64,000 nt of DNA, taken from Eutreptiella sp. 'Long Island Sound 2002'. Taxonomy: Eukaryota > Protista > Euglenida. The DNA lies in the NCBI GenBank assembly GCA_964036045.1, contig OZ038379.1:10850001-10914000 (forward strand), read 5' to 3'. The notes under the pieces were generated by a model. The model was given only the letters and a program-made list of their open reading frames with translations, was not told the origin of the DNA and did no database searches. Below, piece by piece: positions 1-12,997 of this stretch; the first letter of the stretch is position 1, and every line of letters starts with the position of its first letter. The position numbers and the translations under genes were made by a program.

Positions 1-456
1 CACCACGATTTCCTTAGAGGTCTGACTTGTGACTTTTATGCATTGCTATTTGGCACCTAAACTTTGCTGGCGCACTTACCCTACCCTACCTTATCCAGAG
101 TTAGTGGATGCTAAATGTCGCAGTATCAAAGTGTTGAGGCTAATAAGTTTCCAAAAAGGGTACAATTCATGAAAAGAAGAATTTAGCATGTCAATCATCT
201 CATCGAGGTGGTCATTTTGAAGAGTTGTCTTGGTAGGTTTCCAAATGCGTTTTGTTTCATCGTGCGTTACGCATATAATGGCATAAGGAGGCCTTTTTAG
301 AGGGAAGCACAGTCCCCTTCATCCGACTCGCACATAGGAAGCCCCCATGGGTAAAGAATTCAACCAGGCGACGACAACGGCTTATTACCGTCCACAATAC
401 TTGCACACACTACCTGGGATAGCTTCTCGGGTCAATGAAACCAAATCCACCCGCCT

Positions 457-774
457 GTGCCGATGCGGGGTAACATTACACAATGGGTCCCTCTAGCTAG
501 AGTTTTGCCTTTGTGCATGCTGGGTGTCATCGCACCCATGGCTTGGCACGATGTGACAATGGCAATTGTTGCACATTATGATGAGCTTGAGAGTATTCTT
601 AGACGCTGTCAACATGGGCGCATCAAACTCATGCAGTCAAATCTTTCGGCTTCCTTTGTAACCCTATACACCGACGTGCTACCACAAATTATTGATGTTG
701 CCCACGAGAAAGAACGGTGTTCACCTCCCAAAGATGTGTTGGGTGATGGTCAGGCAGACCGGCTAGCTGAATAA
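457..774 (+). pseudogene. possible degenerate hAT-like transposase fragment
   Basis: ORF text 'GNITQWVPLARVL...AIVAHYDELESIL' loosely resembles the hAT TRWxS...RvL segment; the surrounding frames are broken. Weak inference. Confidence 0.2.
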
Positions 775-3700
775 TAGTTGTCAGGACAAGTATTCCGGAA
801 GAGACGCGCGGATGTACGAAAAGGTGTAGGTCTTGTTTGATCCAAAGCACGGGACGGAGAGACAATGTGTGACGTTTCGTATACAATGACGTGTGAAGGC
901 AGCGTGTTGCTTCATCATCTTAGGGGATGTCAAATTCTCAAATTCCTATTTGATGCTTTTCAACGACTAGACTTCCTAGCCGAATGAGCACCCCCTACCC
1001 AGCCCGTGCACCGGCAGCCGCAATCGCCATTGGGAATGTTCCGTAAATGGACCATTATTGGAGGAGGCTTGAAAGAAAGACGTGTGCACTAGGTTTCTCA
1101 TCGTACCAGACAGGATGCGCCAAATTCAGTGTGCTCAACCGACGTGCATGTGACTCAACACGAGCGGCGCCGTCGGGGCCACTAGTGAGAGAGTTGCGAG
1201 CAGGTCCGGCGGCAGGACAGCCTAAATCTCGCCCTAGTTCCGGGCATAAAACCACCCCTCAATGGGGGATGAAGCCACCTTTAAAACCACCCCGAGTGGT
1301 TTTGTGCCCATTTTGAGAGCGCAAAGACACACCCCTTTTGGCGGATAATAACCACCCCTTTGGGGGGATACAACCACCCGTTTTGGGGAATAAAACTACC
1401 GCCCATGCTTAAACTACCCCACTCGGGGTTTTCAAACTACCCCGCTGGGATTTTATGCCACCAAAGCAGCAAAAGACATAGGATAACAAGCAAATGTAGT
1501 CTGAAAAATGGCGCCACAAAAGCAATGCATATTGAATGAGATGAATAGCCATCCCAAACCATGTTTGAATTCCCATCTTAGACCTCAGATGTACAATTGG
1601 CCCCGACCTAGCCAGACATCGTACAACACATATAGATAGAGCAATGTGAAGCAAAACACGGAGTGAAAAACCATAAGTCGTTCCTTGACCTTCTCTCAGC
1701 TCTCCTACCTAAGTATCCGAACGGAAATCGGGCAAGCCCACCCCCCTATCCCCAACGGTGTTCTTTTAACAGCACAACATGTAGACGTAAAGCAACTTGT
1801 CTTCCGGTATTGTGGTTGTTAGTTACAGAATAAAATGACCGAAAAAGAGGATAAAACCACCACAAATGGGTGATACCCCCCCCAATTGCCCAATGGGGGC
1901 ATAGAATCAGCCCTGAGGAGGAAAAACTACTCGTTTGAAGGGATAAAAGCACTTTTCCCCTCCAAAATGGGACGGATGGAATCACTCCGGAGTGTCATAA
2001 AACCACCCCAGGGAACCAAAATTGCCAAAAAGGGAGTGTGGGGTATTTTTTTTCTCCACTTGGGGGTGGTTTCATACCTACGACCAAATCCTTCCCAGCG
2101 CTTAACCCTAACCTAGATTTGTCGAGTAGGGACCTTCACTAAAAGTCGTTCACGGACAGCGCCATTCGCGCCGAATGGTTCAAGTTGGACAGCCAAAATA
2201 GTCATGACAAAGATGCCGATGACATGCTACCCTTTAAGTCGGATGATCTTGAAACGCAAGCTGTTCCCTAACCCGAGACGTGGGATTGTGAGCCACAAGA
2301 CCCAATATCCGCACCCTCATCCGCAGAGATCGAGGACAAGGAGGTCCAACGGGAGTAGGAGGACAAAGAAGTCAAGGCAAGGCTTGTTCGCGCCGGGAGT
2401 CATTTAAATCGGAGGGCTTGGATCTGACCATTTTGATTGACCCAACGTCGGTCATGGAAAGGAACGGGGACAGACCATGAATGATTCCGTGAACGGTAGT
2501 CGTGATCACACATGCATGTCGTATGCTTAGTTGCACCGATCGGCCTATTATCTAAGCGCCCAATGTATTTGCACCTGTCTCCGGCCTTGTGCCCTTGCCT
2601 CACATGTAGGTGTTCACGTATATGGTACTGGGAAGACAAAAGAAACGGGCAGGAGCACAAAACTAGGCACACGCAAAATGACAAAGCACAAGGCGCACAC
2701 AACACAGCAGAATGACAGACGCACTCTCAAATTCTCTATGTTGCAGCAATGTGGGCCGCGGCAACCCGTGCCCCGGTCCAAGATTTCGACCACTGGCGGT
2801 TGGTTTGAGGCTATGTGGTTGACAAATGTAGCGGGCGACCGTAACACCTCTCATTTTTTTCGGGTTTCATCACGCATAGCCTTTTTTCCCTCTTTTAGCC
2901 GCAAACGTGCCACTCTAGTCACCGGAGCAGGCCGAATTTGGCATCCTACTTGCCCAGGCCGGCATGTGGCTTGCTCAAGTCGGCGTGCTACCCGCTTGAC
3001 ATACATCGTTTTTTTTGTCAAATAGATTAATGGTCATTGTGTAGATTTTGATTTTAACAATCAAGCAAATCAGCGGAAATACACCTTTCTCTGGTCAAAA
3101 CTTCGTGCGGCGCCCTTCTAAACTTTTGCACTTTTCAACGTCCTCTTGCTTATGAAGGTTGCTTGCTGGTCCCCATATTATTTTGTGTGAAGAATAACCA
3201 TGTACAAGAAATATAGGCCATTTCATAAGCCGGGTCCCTGTTTGACAGTCGATGGAAAGTAGAAGCACACCAAAATCAGTGCACAACACGCTGATTTCCG
3301 CCGTTTTTGACGTGCACTCCAAAAGACCGGTCCTGCACTCCCAAGTTTGGGCCTCCCCATGGCCTTGCTCGAGAACACTCTTGGCAAGTCAGGGTTCCCG
3401 TTCTTCGATGGGCCAGTCTTGAGGGTAGCCTTGTTCGTCGAAACACTCAGGTTCCTCTTGCAAAACCTGAAAATGGTTGAAATCTGCCTGCACTTGATGC
3501 ACGGAGCGAGAATTGCCCTTGTCTTTGCCCTTGGTACCTGATTTGCATGATTTGCATGATTTGGATGCAGGAAGAAATTATGGCGAGGTACCGGTTGTTG
3601 GACCCATCTCTAGACAATGCCGCTTAGCGGTAGTGGTTTTAGGAACCTCAGTGGGCTGGGTCTTTCCTTGGGTGTGGTATGAACAATGCGGTTAGAAACA

Positions 3701-3962
3701 CCTTGGGCCGTCCCATTTTTCTTTTCTGTCTCACCCTTACCACCACTCACAGTCGGCGACGGCTGGAATGGTTGTTGAAGTTTCTCCGGCATAGGCCTCA
3801 TGTTGTTTTCTGTCCAGCGGTGATCGCGAATAGCATGGGATTTGGCTTGGGAGGTGATACCTCGGAAAGATCCTTGATTTCTTCATGGGAAAAAACCACC
3901 TTCGACCTTTGATTCCTCATTTTCTCCTAGTGGAAATGCCGTTTCCACATGTCTGCGATTCT

Positions 3963-4212
3963 GTCATCCTAAAAAAAGTTCACGGAATAGGACAGATTTC
4001 ACTTGGACACATGTCGAACACCATCAACACTCAGAGCTTTATTTACAAATGCCACAAAAACATATCTCTCTTCGACAAAACACGGCATGTCATCCTAAAG
4101 AAAGTTCACGGAATAGGACAGATTTCACTTGGACACATGTCGAACACCATCAACACTCAGAGCTTTATTTACAAATGCCACAAAAACATATCTCTCTTCG
4201 ACAAAACACGGC
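3963..4212. repeat. 126-bp direct tandem duplication
   Basis: gtcatcctaa...cacggca starts at 3963 and again at 4089 and is nearly identical; it appears as a 42-aa duplication in ORF 3885-4286. Confidence 0.9.
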
Positions 4213-5694
4213 AAATACCTCCAGATTCCCTGAGTTGCATGATGGGAAAGTCCCCCGCGCATTTCTACCGCTGCGCTCTGACCTGAAATCTGTGAGCATC
4301 TTCACCAAACCCTTTCACTTAAGCCCAAAACATTTTGCATTTTTCGTCGGACGGTTTGTCCAACGGGTCCTTCTTCACATCTGAAACTAGCAGACCTACA
4401 CTTGTGCTCGCCAAAACAGAGGCATACACAGCAGAAACTGTAGCAGGAGTCTATACATCTCAGTGGGTTGTGCTCCTTTCTCATGGTTCCATATCTCCAT
4501 CGTGGGCATGGCTTGGACATTGGGACTCGTGATTTTGGGTCTTTGATCTCCATTGGACGAGTTTTGCCTCTTATCCCACTCTGTTTTTCCCCGTGCTGGT
4601 CTGTGGCCATTCAGATACCATTTTCGGAGCGGAAATTTCGACTTGATGAATCTTTTGGTTCTCCAGTGCTGAAATTTTCCACATCGTTGGACATTTTTCC
4701 TCCCTGTTCCTGGCAGCACCAATCACGTACAGGGCGCACGGAGGTCACCAAGAAGTCAACCGGTCATATACGAAGCTCCCATTCTCAATGTCCTTCACTG
4801 CCGTCCACGACTACGCATGTTGCCAACGCCACGAAATGGTGTAGGTGTTTTTTTAACCATTTCAGCATGTGTGCGGCAGATCGTTCGGGGCTCTGCTATC
4901 TACAATTTGGCTATAAACAGCATAGTGGGGGGGGCACGCAGCTGCATGCGGTCGCTAGTGACTGCAGAGGGCAGGTTTGGCTGAGTGAGGCTCCTCGGAG
5001 TACTTGTGGTCGCTCACGGGCCAAACCCAGCTCACCACTCACCTTTGCATCATAAACCTGAACTGAAAATGCCCATGTGCAGCCCAGGCTGCCACCCCAC
5101 AGAAAAAGAATAGGAAACTGCTTTCTGTGTGCTGGTGGGTGTGAAAAATCAGCACTTCTGCATTGCAGGAGATCGCGCTGCCAGCAAATTTGTACCTAAA
5201 CTAACCAATGAGACTAGACTACACCTTATTGGCCACGTTAATGGGCCACATGGCCAGGGGAGGGGACTCACTGGGGACTGATGGAGTGCGTGTGGCACTG
5301 CCTTGCAGTCTGTCCGCTTGCTGTGACCCTAGGGACCAGGGCGAAGCCAAGCAGGACTTGAGCTCAGGAATAGTGCAGGGGGGGGGGGGGGGCTGCGAGA
5401 TGAAGTACTGACGCCCTGGGATGGGGCAGCATCTATGGGCAACGTTCAATGCCACGGCAGCTCATAAAAAGGTAAGGTCAGCAGGAGCCACCAACCCACT
5501 TCCTGGGGCTCGATGAGGGGGGACAGTGCAGGGCGGCGGGGGGGGGGGGGCTCGAAATGGTGTAGGTTCCTTGCATGGTCCCACGCGGTGATAACACCTG
5601 TGGGCAGAAGACGACGAGTCTGCTTTAGCTCGCTGGGGCGACCCCTCGAGTGATGCTCTGGACGCTGCAAACCACCCCCACACACAAATGAGCG

Positions 5695-6800
5695 AAGAAA
5701 TCCCAACAAATGGGCAGAACAAATCGGCGGACCAATTTTTGAGCAAAACAGGTTCCCAGTGCCCTGGATCTCAGTCCCAGGCCCCAAACACAGCTTCCTT
5801 TCGGTTGCTCTGTAGTTGGAGTCACGTGGAAACGCAAAATATCTGTCAATTTTCAAAAAAAAAAATCACCTGTCAGTCTGTACATGGTCCCTGAGCACAT
5901 GTATGTCAGTGTCAGCCAGTGGTCCACTGGTATCTGCTCTGGTCTACAAAAAAATTGGCGGTGGTTCAGAAGCCAGAAGCCCCAACAAGTCGGCAGAACG
6001 AATTGGCCAAATCACAGAAACCCCACAAATCGGTTCAATTCCAGGACCCATTTTTTTTGCACTTTTCGTCACTTGTCCTGAGGAGGAAAATGGTTTTCAC
6101 TGCACAAACAAGCTTGCCGGAAGAAGATGAATGCACACAGGCTTCCCATTCCCATCTGACTGTGTGCTGGGTGGGCGTGCAGCAGACCTGCAGTGGTCAA
6201 TCTGATGGGACCCTATGGCAGACCCTGTGGCAGCAGTACAAGACTCTGCAACCGACGCTGAAGGCTCCACAACCCCAGATTCCACTGACTCTGTGGCCAA
6301 AGACATGGCTGTACCACACACACCTAGAGGAGCTAAAGGCACCTGCAGCCCAGAATCCACTGATTTTGGGGGGCTGACGATGAGGTCCTTGAAGAATGGC
6401 GGCTGAAGAACGCACTGGGGCGTGCAGAGCGAACACACAAGTCACAAACTGCCCCCTGACCAGCATCAGGGCACTTGCCCCGCAGAAAAATTTGATCATC
6501 GGGGGACAATGAATCACAGGGGACCACAGACACGTCTTTTTGTTTTTGTTTTTGTTTTTGTTTTTTTTGTGGGCAGTAAAAACACTTCATGGTGCCAATC
6601 TGAACAACCAATATAGAAAGAAAAGGTATTATCCAGTGTCCCAAAGTAAATGATGCACATCTTAGAGTGACACCTCCAAATCAGGTGTCCTAGAATCCCA
6701 GAGGCCCCAACAAATCGGCAGAACAAATCGGCGAAATTCAGAAACCCAACAAATCGGCACAACAAATTGGCGAAGTCGGCCAAATTTGGCCACCGATTGG
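5695..6800. repeat. region with dispersed AACAAATCGGC-like motifs (non-autonomous element-like)
   Basis: Clusters of aacaaat(c/g)ggc variants near 5705-5730, 5980-6035 and 6709-6790. Confidence 0.5.
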
Positions 6801-7040
6801 TGGGGGGGGGGGGGGGGGTTGACGCTGACTATGGGGGAATGTTTGCCCGGCGTGCGCCCGGCGCGCACTCGGCGCGCTACCTTTCTATTGACTATCCCGA
6901 CTTCAGCCCGAGATTTACCCTCTGATGGAGAAGGCCCCCCAAATAGACCATGATGGACTGTGCACCTTCCCTGCGAAGCACGTTGCAAAATAAAGCAATA
7001 TCTGTGAATTCAGCAACTCCAACTGTCATCTGTATTGTAC

Positions 7041-8345
7041 TTAACAAACAACATTGGTCCCACAAGTGTGGGTGTCAATACATTCAGTACAATAGTGCTC
7101 CTTACACTCATCACAAACTGCGACGGTGGAGCGCTTCTGGCAACACAACATACACACATCTGCCTCATCCTCTGCCTCATCTGCCTCATTATAACATTGT
7201 TGGCGGGCTGTCAAAGTGCCATTCTTTCTTCCAATGAATGGCACAATGACATGAATCCGGCCTTTAAAAGCACCATCATGGCCCCCAACTTCGAAATCAA
7301 AGAAATCACCTCGGGTACGAGAAGGTCCATGCCCATCCCAAATCAAAACATCTGCTGATGTCCCGGGGGGCCAAGGGGCAAATCCATATAATGTTGCCCA
7401 ACATATCAACGGCAACAGTCCACCGGTGGGGCACGGGTCACAAAAGATGCCCGGTGCGCGCCCGGCGCACTAACGTTCCCCCTATCGTCTGAAATGAAGT
7501 CATGTATGCTCCTGCTTCAAAACCAAGAATCCAGCATTGAAACGCCTTTCTGTTGTAGCAAAAGCACAACCTTGAAGAATGTAAACGCACATGGTGGTGG
7601 ACAAGCAGCATACAATGGACACCAAACCGACTCACCTCACAGTAGACATTTGAAAGACAACTTGCAACGGTAATACAGCATTAAACCCCCCTGCACGTTT
7701 GCCAGGGGGAAGGAATTGCACTGCACAGGTCAAGATTGGGCACGTAACTCAGACTGGGTGACAGAAAACTGCCTCAAAAAGAAAGGTAAACCTCTGCTTT
7801 TAGTAAAAAAACAAGGGTTTAATATTCACGTGTGAATATCAAACGTGTGTGAATGATAAATGTAGGTGTGAATATGAAAAAGTGGCAACGTTCAATGTTC
7901 ACGGTGCTCAACACAGCTCTTTTGACCATGGCAGATGATGATGCAACGTCAGTGGCCAGCGCTGAGACTGAGGTTGACCTGCTTGGCGACTTTGCCCCGG
8001 AGGATCTTGCAGCTCTGTTCGTCTGCAATTGCTTCTGTGAATGTGGTTAATTATTTTGCAAACCTTGGGTATTTTGAATCCAGAAGTGATGCTTTCCCCA
8101 CATACCCCGCAGAACATAGCCTAAGTGACAGTTCCCCTGGCCCCGGGGGAAAGGCAAAAGACCTGTGACACGAAGCAAGACATGCATACATGGAGGGCAT
8201 ATGATCCACAACATGACCGGGATGTGTGTTGGGATGTGTGTTCCGGTCTAGTGAGAGACAGGCACTGCGTGCCCCTTTTTCTGGCGCAAGTGCTTAATTT
8301 TGAAGCGCTGCACATGCTCAACAGGTCCCAGCCACTGTTGGTGGT
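7041..8345 (-). mobile_element. degenerate pogo/Tc1-mariner-like transposase relic with C-terminal Cys-rich finger
   Basis: Minus-strand fragments in the expected order: QRFKIKHL (CENP-B-HTH-like), IADEQS...GKVAKQV (NxDET-like), VLIWDGHG (DDE_1 LDGHxSH-like), then CMLC..CDEC..YCTEC..HTC. Stops and frameshifts lie between them. Confidence 0.4.
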
Positions 8346-9639
8346 GGTCTGGCGGAGGCTTGATTCAGCGTCCTAGAGTGCCTACACGACAGGGGGGACG
8401 ATGTCTCGGGTTGATACGCGACCCCCCCCCCCAGTGAAAGTGGGCCGCCCGGGGGTGGGAGGGGCAGGAAGACTCAACGAGTATGCCGGTTGGGACTTCC
8501 AGGTGTACGTACCACGTACTTCACCTTTTGATGGCAGGGGGGGGGGGTACCGCAACCTACAGCCTTGGGTTTGGTGTTGTGTGGGGTGCCTGTGTAGTGC
8601 TTGTGCGTGCTGTGGGTCAGGTGCGTGGTCTTTCAGGCGGGCCAGATGGTGCTGTGCGGTGCGCGCAGGAGGGGTTCGGTGGTGTTGTAATGGGGTAGGC
8701 GGTTCCCGTGGGGTGTGGTTTCTGTGGGGATCTTAGTCTCCCTCTGTTGAGCTGATGTACTAGTAGTAGTCAGCACCACGCTCTGAGGGGCTCAGAATAT
8801 TAGCAAGCACAACACTACCACGTTACCGTTGGAAATTGACAACAGTAGCAGGTGAGCACGCGTCAATATGATCGACATTCTTGGCTGAAATTGCGGAAAA
8901 CTAGATATTGTGCACGGTACCGTCTTGGATGCAAGAAATTCCCATTACACAACAATGCACCAGTAGTACTTCCTTGTGCAACTAGTAGACATATAGGAGA
9001 CCCTCAATATCCAACCTTGTAATTAAAATTGGAAAACTCGAAGTGACGGTTCCAATGCCTCTATGCGGGGAAATACGGGGGTGGGTACTAACCAGGGGGG
9101 AGTTCTACAATAACATTACCGACAGGAAACCACACCATTACCTGCATCTGCACAGCACCTCTCCAGAAGCAATGCATGTGGCATGCACCAGAAAAAAACC
9201 ACGGTGGTGGCAAGTTTGCAAGCACAGCGATTCGAAAGATGGGGATACCATCCACCAATTCAACTCAACCACTGAGTCCAGACAAGGTATGGAGGCAGTT
9301 CAGGGACCCCTCAGGGCTGCTACAATGATCTGAAGGACCATTGGATCCAGATGAAAACCGCAACGCGCACGTGGCGCCCTCGTTGCGGAGCAACTTTGCC
9401 CCGCAGCATACAACATGGGCGTCCAAAACGAAAAAGCGTCCTTCCAGCGGATGTCGGAGGATGACGAGCTTGTCGCATGGAGCGTGCATGGGGGCGCAAT
9501 GGGAGCGGGGGGGGGGCATTGAGGGCGCATGGAGTGCGCATTGGGGGCGTTTAGGGGCACAGCCTTCTGTGTGTACGTGACTGTCGAATGAATGTCCCCG
9601 TACCCCACATTTGATGCGGCCCAGCGAGGTAGTCCGGGT

Positions 9640-9975
9640 TCACGGGATGTCACTGAAGGTGAGTCTGGAAAGAGGAACGCCGGACGAGTCCTGCAGAGCT
9701 CCGGGGCCCGAAACGGACACCGGAAGGCCGGGCTGCGACGCCGTGCAGTCACGGGCGGCGGCGAACTGATTGTACTCCCGCACCAGCTGCCGCGTGAAGT
9801 CTGCCATGGACAACTCTTTGTCCAGAACGCAGTGTGCGCCACTCTGGAAGTACAGGCCCACGTCAGCATCCGTCACGCTCACGGTGCGCACACAGATAAG
9901 GTTCTTGTAGCCGGCGTCCTTGAGCTCCCGGATGATGTCAGTCCCGCACATGGTCGCGCCCGGAAACTCCAAATT
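9640..9975 (-). CDS. hybrid histidine kinase, exon 3 (second half of receiver domain, stop)
   Basis: Acceptor TTCTTCTCAG|AAT at 9976/9975; NLEFPGATMCGTDIIREL...CVRT...GAHCVLDK completes the REC domain; TGA at 9642-9640. Confidence 0.85.
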   Translation of the reverse strand, partial: NLEFPGATMCGTDIIRELKDAGYKNLICVRTVSVTDADVGLYFQSGAHCVLDKELSMADFTRQLVREYNQFAAARDCTASQPGLPVSVSGPGALQDSSGVPLSRLTFSDIP

Positions 9976-10402
9976 CTGAGAAGAAGATGGATGCGGTACG
10001 GCCAATGAGGCGCGAGGGGTAGGGAGATGGGTAGGCTGACGAGGGGCGTGGACTGGAGTGCCTGAGGCGGGCATGTCAACCACACACATATTCCAGCAAC
10101 TGCAGGACCCATGGCCTGATTGGGGACCCAAACTTGTGCTCAGCAACACCGAGGGCGGGGGGGGGGCTTTGGGGCCCTGGCTGACCTCCAGCCCAACCGA
10201 CCGAACCAGCCACCCACCCCCTCCACATCAGAAAAGCCAAAAAAAATGAAAGTTTTGAACAAATGCATTTGAAAACAAAAGGGCCTCGAAATTGGAGGCC
10301 GATTGCAATTGAACAAATCTGTGTTTGGCCTGGACCCCCCCCCCCCAAATGGGAGGGTTTCCGCACAGTGCGCACAAGCTCTGGCCGCACGCCGTCCAGC
10401 AC

Positions 10403-10960
10403 CTGGTCGACGATCGCGACGTCGCAGCGGTGCAGCACCGCGTCCTTGAACACCTCCACGTCCCGCACAGTGTCGCCGTAGGCCTTGACAATGCTCTGGG
10501 GCATCCGGCCCCCCAGCGACGCCTGCAGCGTCTGCCGCGCGAGCGCACTGTCCTCGAGGCAGTGGATGTGCAGACCGCACGGGAACCGCTCGTCCCCGGC
10601 GCCCGGCGCGCACGCGACCGCCGCCGCCGCTGTCTCGGTCGTCGTGACCGTGTCGAACGCCGCGCGGAAGAACACGCGGTCCTCCTCCTGCCAGAGCTCC
10701 ACCTCCATCCCCGAGGCCTTCGCCGCCTTTGCGGCCAGCGCCACGTGGATGAGGCCGAGGCCATTGCCGAACGCGGGGTCCCCCCGGGCGGCGCCCGGGT
10801 GGTGGGCCTGGAGGGGGCCGGCGCCGGTCCAGCGCGGCAGCGGGGGGAGCGCGGCGTTGGCCTTGTTGGTGACGAGGCACTGGACACGGACCGGGACGTC
10901 GGGGGTGCTCAGGAGGACCTCGTCGCACTCGCCCGACAACATGGTGACGTCCAGCGAGAC
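10403..10960 (-). CDS. hybrid histidine kinase, exon 2 (HATPase G-box and first half of receiver domain)
   Basis: Acceptor CCAG|GTC and donor CAG|GTGCTG; 558 nt, phase 0. Contains GNGLGL (G2 box), CLEDS (acidic pocket) and DVAIVDQ (phospho-Asp). Confidence 0.85.
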
Positions 10961-12060
10961 CTGGCGGCCGAGCGGAATGATTGTGACGAACAGAGCTATT
11001 TGGAGAACGGGACCTGATCACCATTTTGGAGACGGTCCGGAGAACCACTCCGGAGTGCCACTCTGCCAGAGTGCTGTCATTCATCGGAAGTTCAATTTCC
11101 ATTCTGAGGGGCAGGGAACTGCATGCCCTCCCCCCCCCCAGGGGGGTGCTGCAACTGTTGCGCAAAAGGGGGGGTTCAAGGGGGGGGCGCAGGATGCTGT
11201 GTTCTGTTGTTTTCCAGGACTTTGGCCGTTCATGCACAAGGGAAGGGGCGGTGTACCTCATGATTCCGCATTGGCGGCAGGAGGAAGGAAGGAAGGTACC
11301 ATGGGCCTCTCACCCAATTGCTCATGGGCGCAGGTCTAAGACCTGGGACCCCGGGACACCTCTCGCCTTCCTTGACGAGCGTCCGTGGTCTGGGAAGACC
11401 ATATGCCTTCCATTAGATACCCCGCTCGGATCTTGGCGGTCCTCGCAGTGTTCCTAGACAGACACCCGTGCACTATCCGAAACCTTGTGCTGAGTGTGCT
11501 GTGTGGAAAATGGATGCCCCACCTCCCGAGTATCGCACAGGTCGGCACTGCTCTGATCCTTAGGCCATGGATTTCTCATGAACCCGGCTACCGTCCTCGC
11601 TCCACCGAGTGCAGTTGATACTAGCGGATGCTGCACAAGAGAGGACTCATGTTAGTGACTGTACCACTACATCAGCATCCAAAACAGGAATCCGAGCTCG
11701 GTCACTCTCCCCACACCACGACCCCTAAGGCGTCAGTTCAGTATGGCCGAATGAGTGCCCTGAATCCCTCAAACTGAGCTGTCTCCACCCTTGCGGTTGC
11801 ATGCAGGCAGTGAGTATCTGGCAGTGGTGGGGTGAGCGGGTAGGGTGGGGCGCGGGGTGTCGATACAGCCCCAAGTCGAAAACCGCACTTATCGTAGAGT
11901 CATCGTTGATGGCTTATTGCGAACACATGCAAGTTCCATTCAGCCCTTCCACAGAAACACCATTGCTTCATGACATGGCACCGCTGCATATGTGCAACTC
12001 AACCCTCATTGTTAATGGCGAGTTGTGACCCCACCCCAATCCTGGGGTCCTCCCTTGCTA

Positions 12061-12620
12061 CCCTCCCCCCCCCTTGCAAAGTCCCGGGGTAGCGCGCGAC
12101 GGTCTCCCGGGTGGGGGGGGGAGACGGTCACCAAGTGACGGTGTCCCGGGGGGGGGGGGGGGGAGATTGCAAGGGTATCTCAAGGCAAACTGTGGTACCC
12201 TCCACTGACGCAAGCAAAGAGAACACGTGTGAAGCGACTTTCGCGTTGATGCGGTGCCAATGTGTTTCATCCAACACAAATGTTATTGAGGATCCAAAGG
12301 AACGGTAAAGAACTTCTGGGTACGAGAATAACACACTTTGAATTGTTGCACATGCTCGGTTTGCATGACAGGCACGGGGTGTGTTGCACTGGCCGAGGAG
12401 GAGGAGGCAATGGCGCGCGGGGCTGGTTTGGCAGCCGCTTTAGCGCCCGCTTGCACAGCCAAACCAGCTGGTGCTTGATTTGTAGTACTGGGAAAGCAAT
12501 GCAAGGCCATGCGTAAAGCAGATGGGCAACACAAACCAGCACAATTCATGTTAACTAGAAAAACATGGAAGTGACGGTGTCCCGGGGGGGGGGGGGGGAC
12601 TTTGCAAGGGGGGGGGAGGG
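12061..12620. mobile_element. MITE-like element with 25-bp TIRs and TA flanks, inside histidine kinase intron 1
   Basis: TA|CCCTCCCCCCCCCTTGCAAAGTCCC at 12061 and its exact reverse complement GGGACTTTGCAAGGGGGGGGGAGGG|TA at 12596-12620; no coding capacity. Confidence 0.8.
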
Positions 12621-12997
12621 TACAACCCCCGCTGTGGGGTACAGAAGTTGAATGCTAACCTTCAAGCCCGACAACGCAAAGGCTTCAGAGCAACAAAAAG
12701 CTCTTCGGCGACATTGGAACCCGCCCCCCCCCCAACAAAAAGGGGGGGTAGGGCTCAATTGACGGCACAGGCCAAACGCTACCAATGGACAATACAAAGC
12801 TGCTCACAGGAGAACCCGGGCCAATGGTACAGGCTGGCCAACCGCTTTACAGTCACCATGTCGCCTTGGTCCCCCACGAAGCGTGCCCCATGCCGCTGGG
12901 GGTCAAAACGGCTGAACTTGTGCACGGCGCACATAACACCCCAACACCAATGGAACGGCCACTGAAGCACACCACTGCTCACAGCGAGAGCGGACAC

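Noticed and set aside
3095-4720. Possible gag-like or other retroelement relic on the minus strand
   Set aside because: Only short charged fragments with stops are present, with no diagnostic motif.
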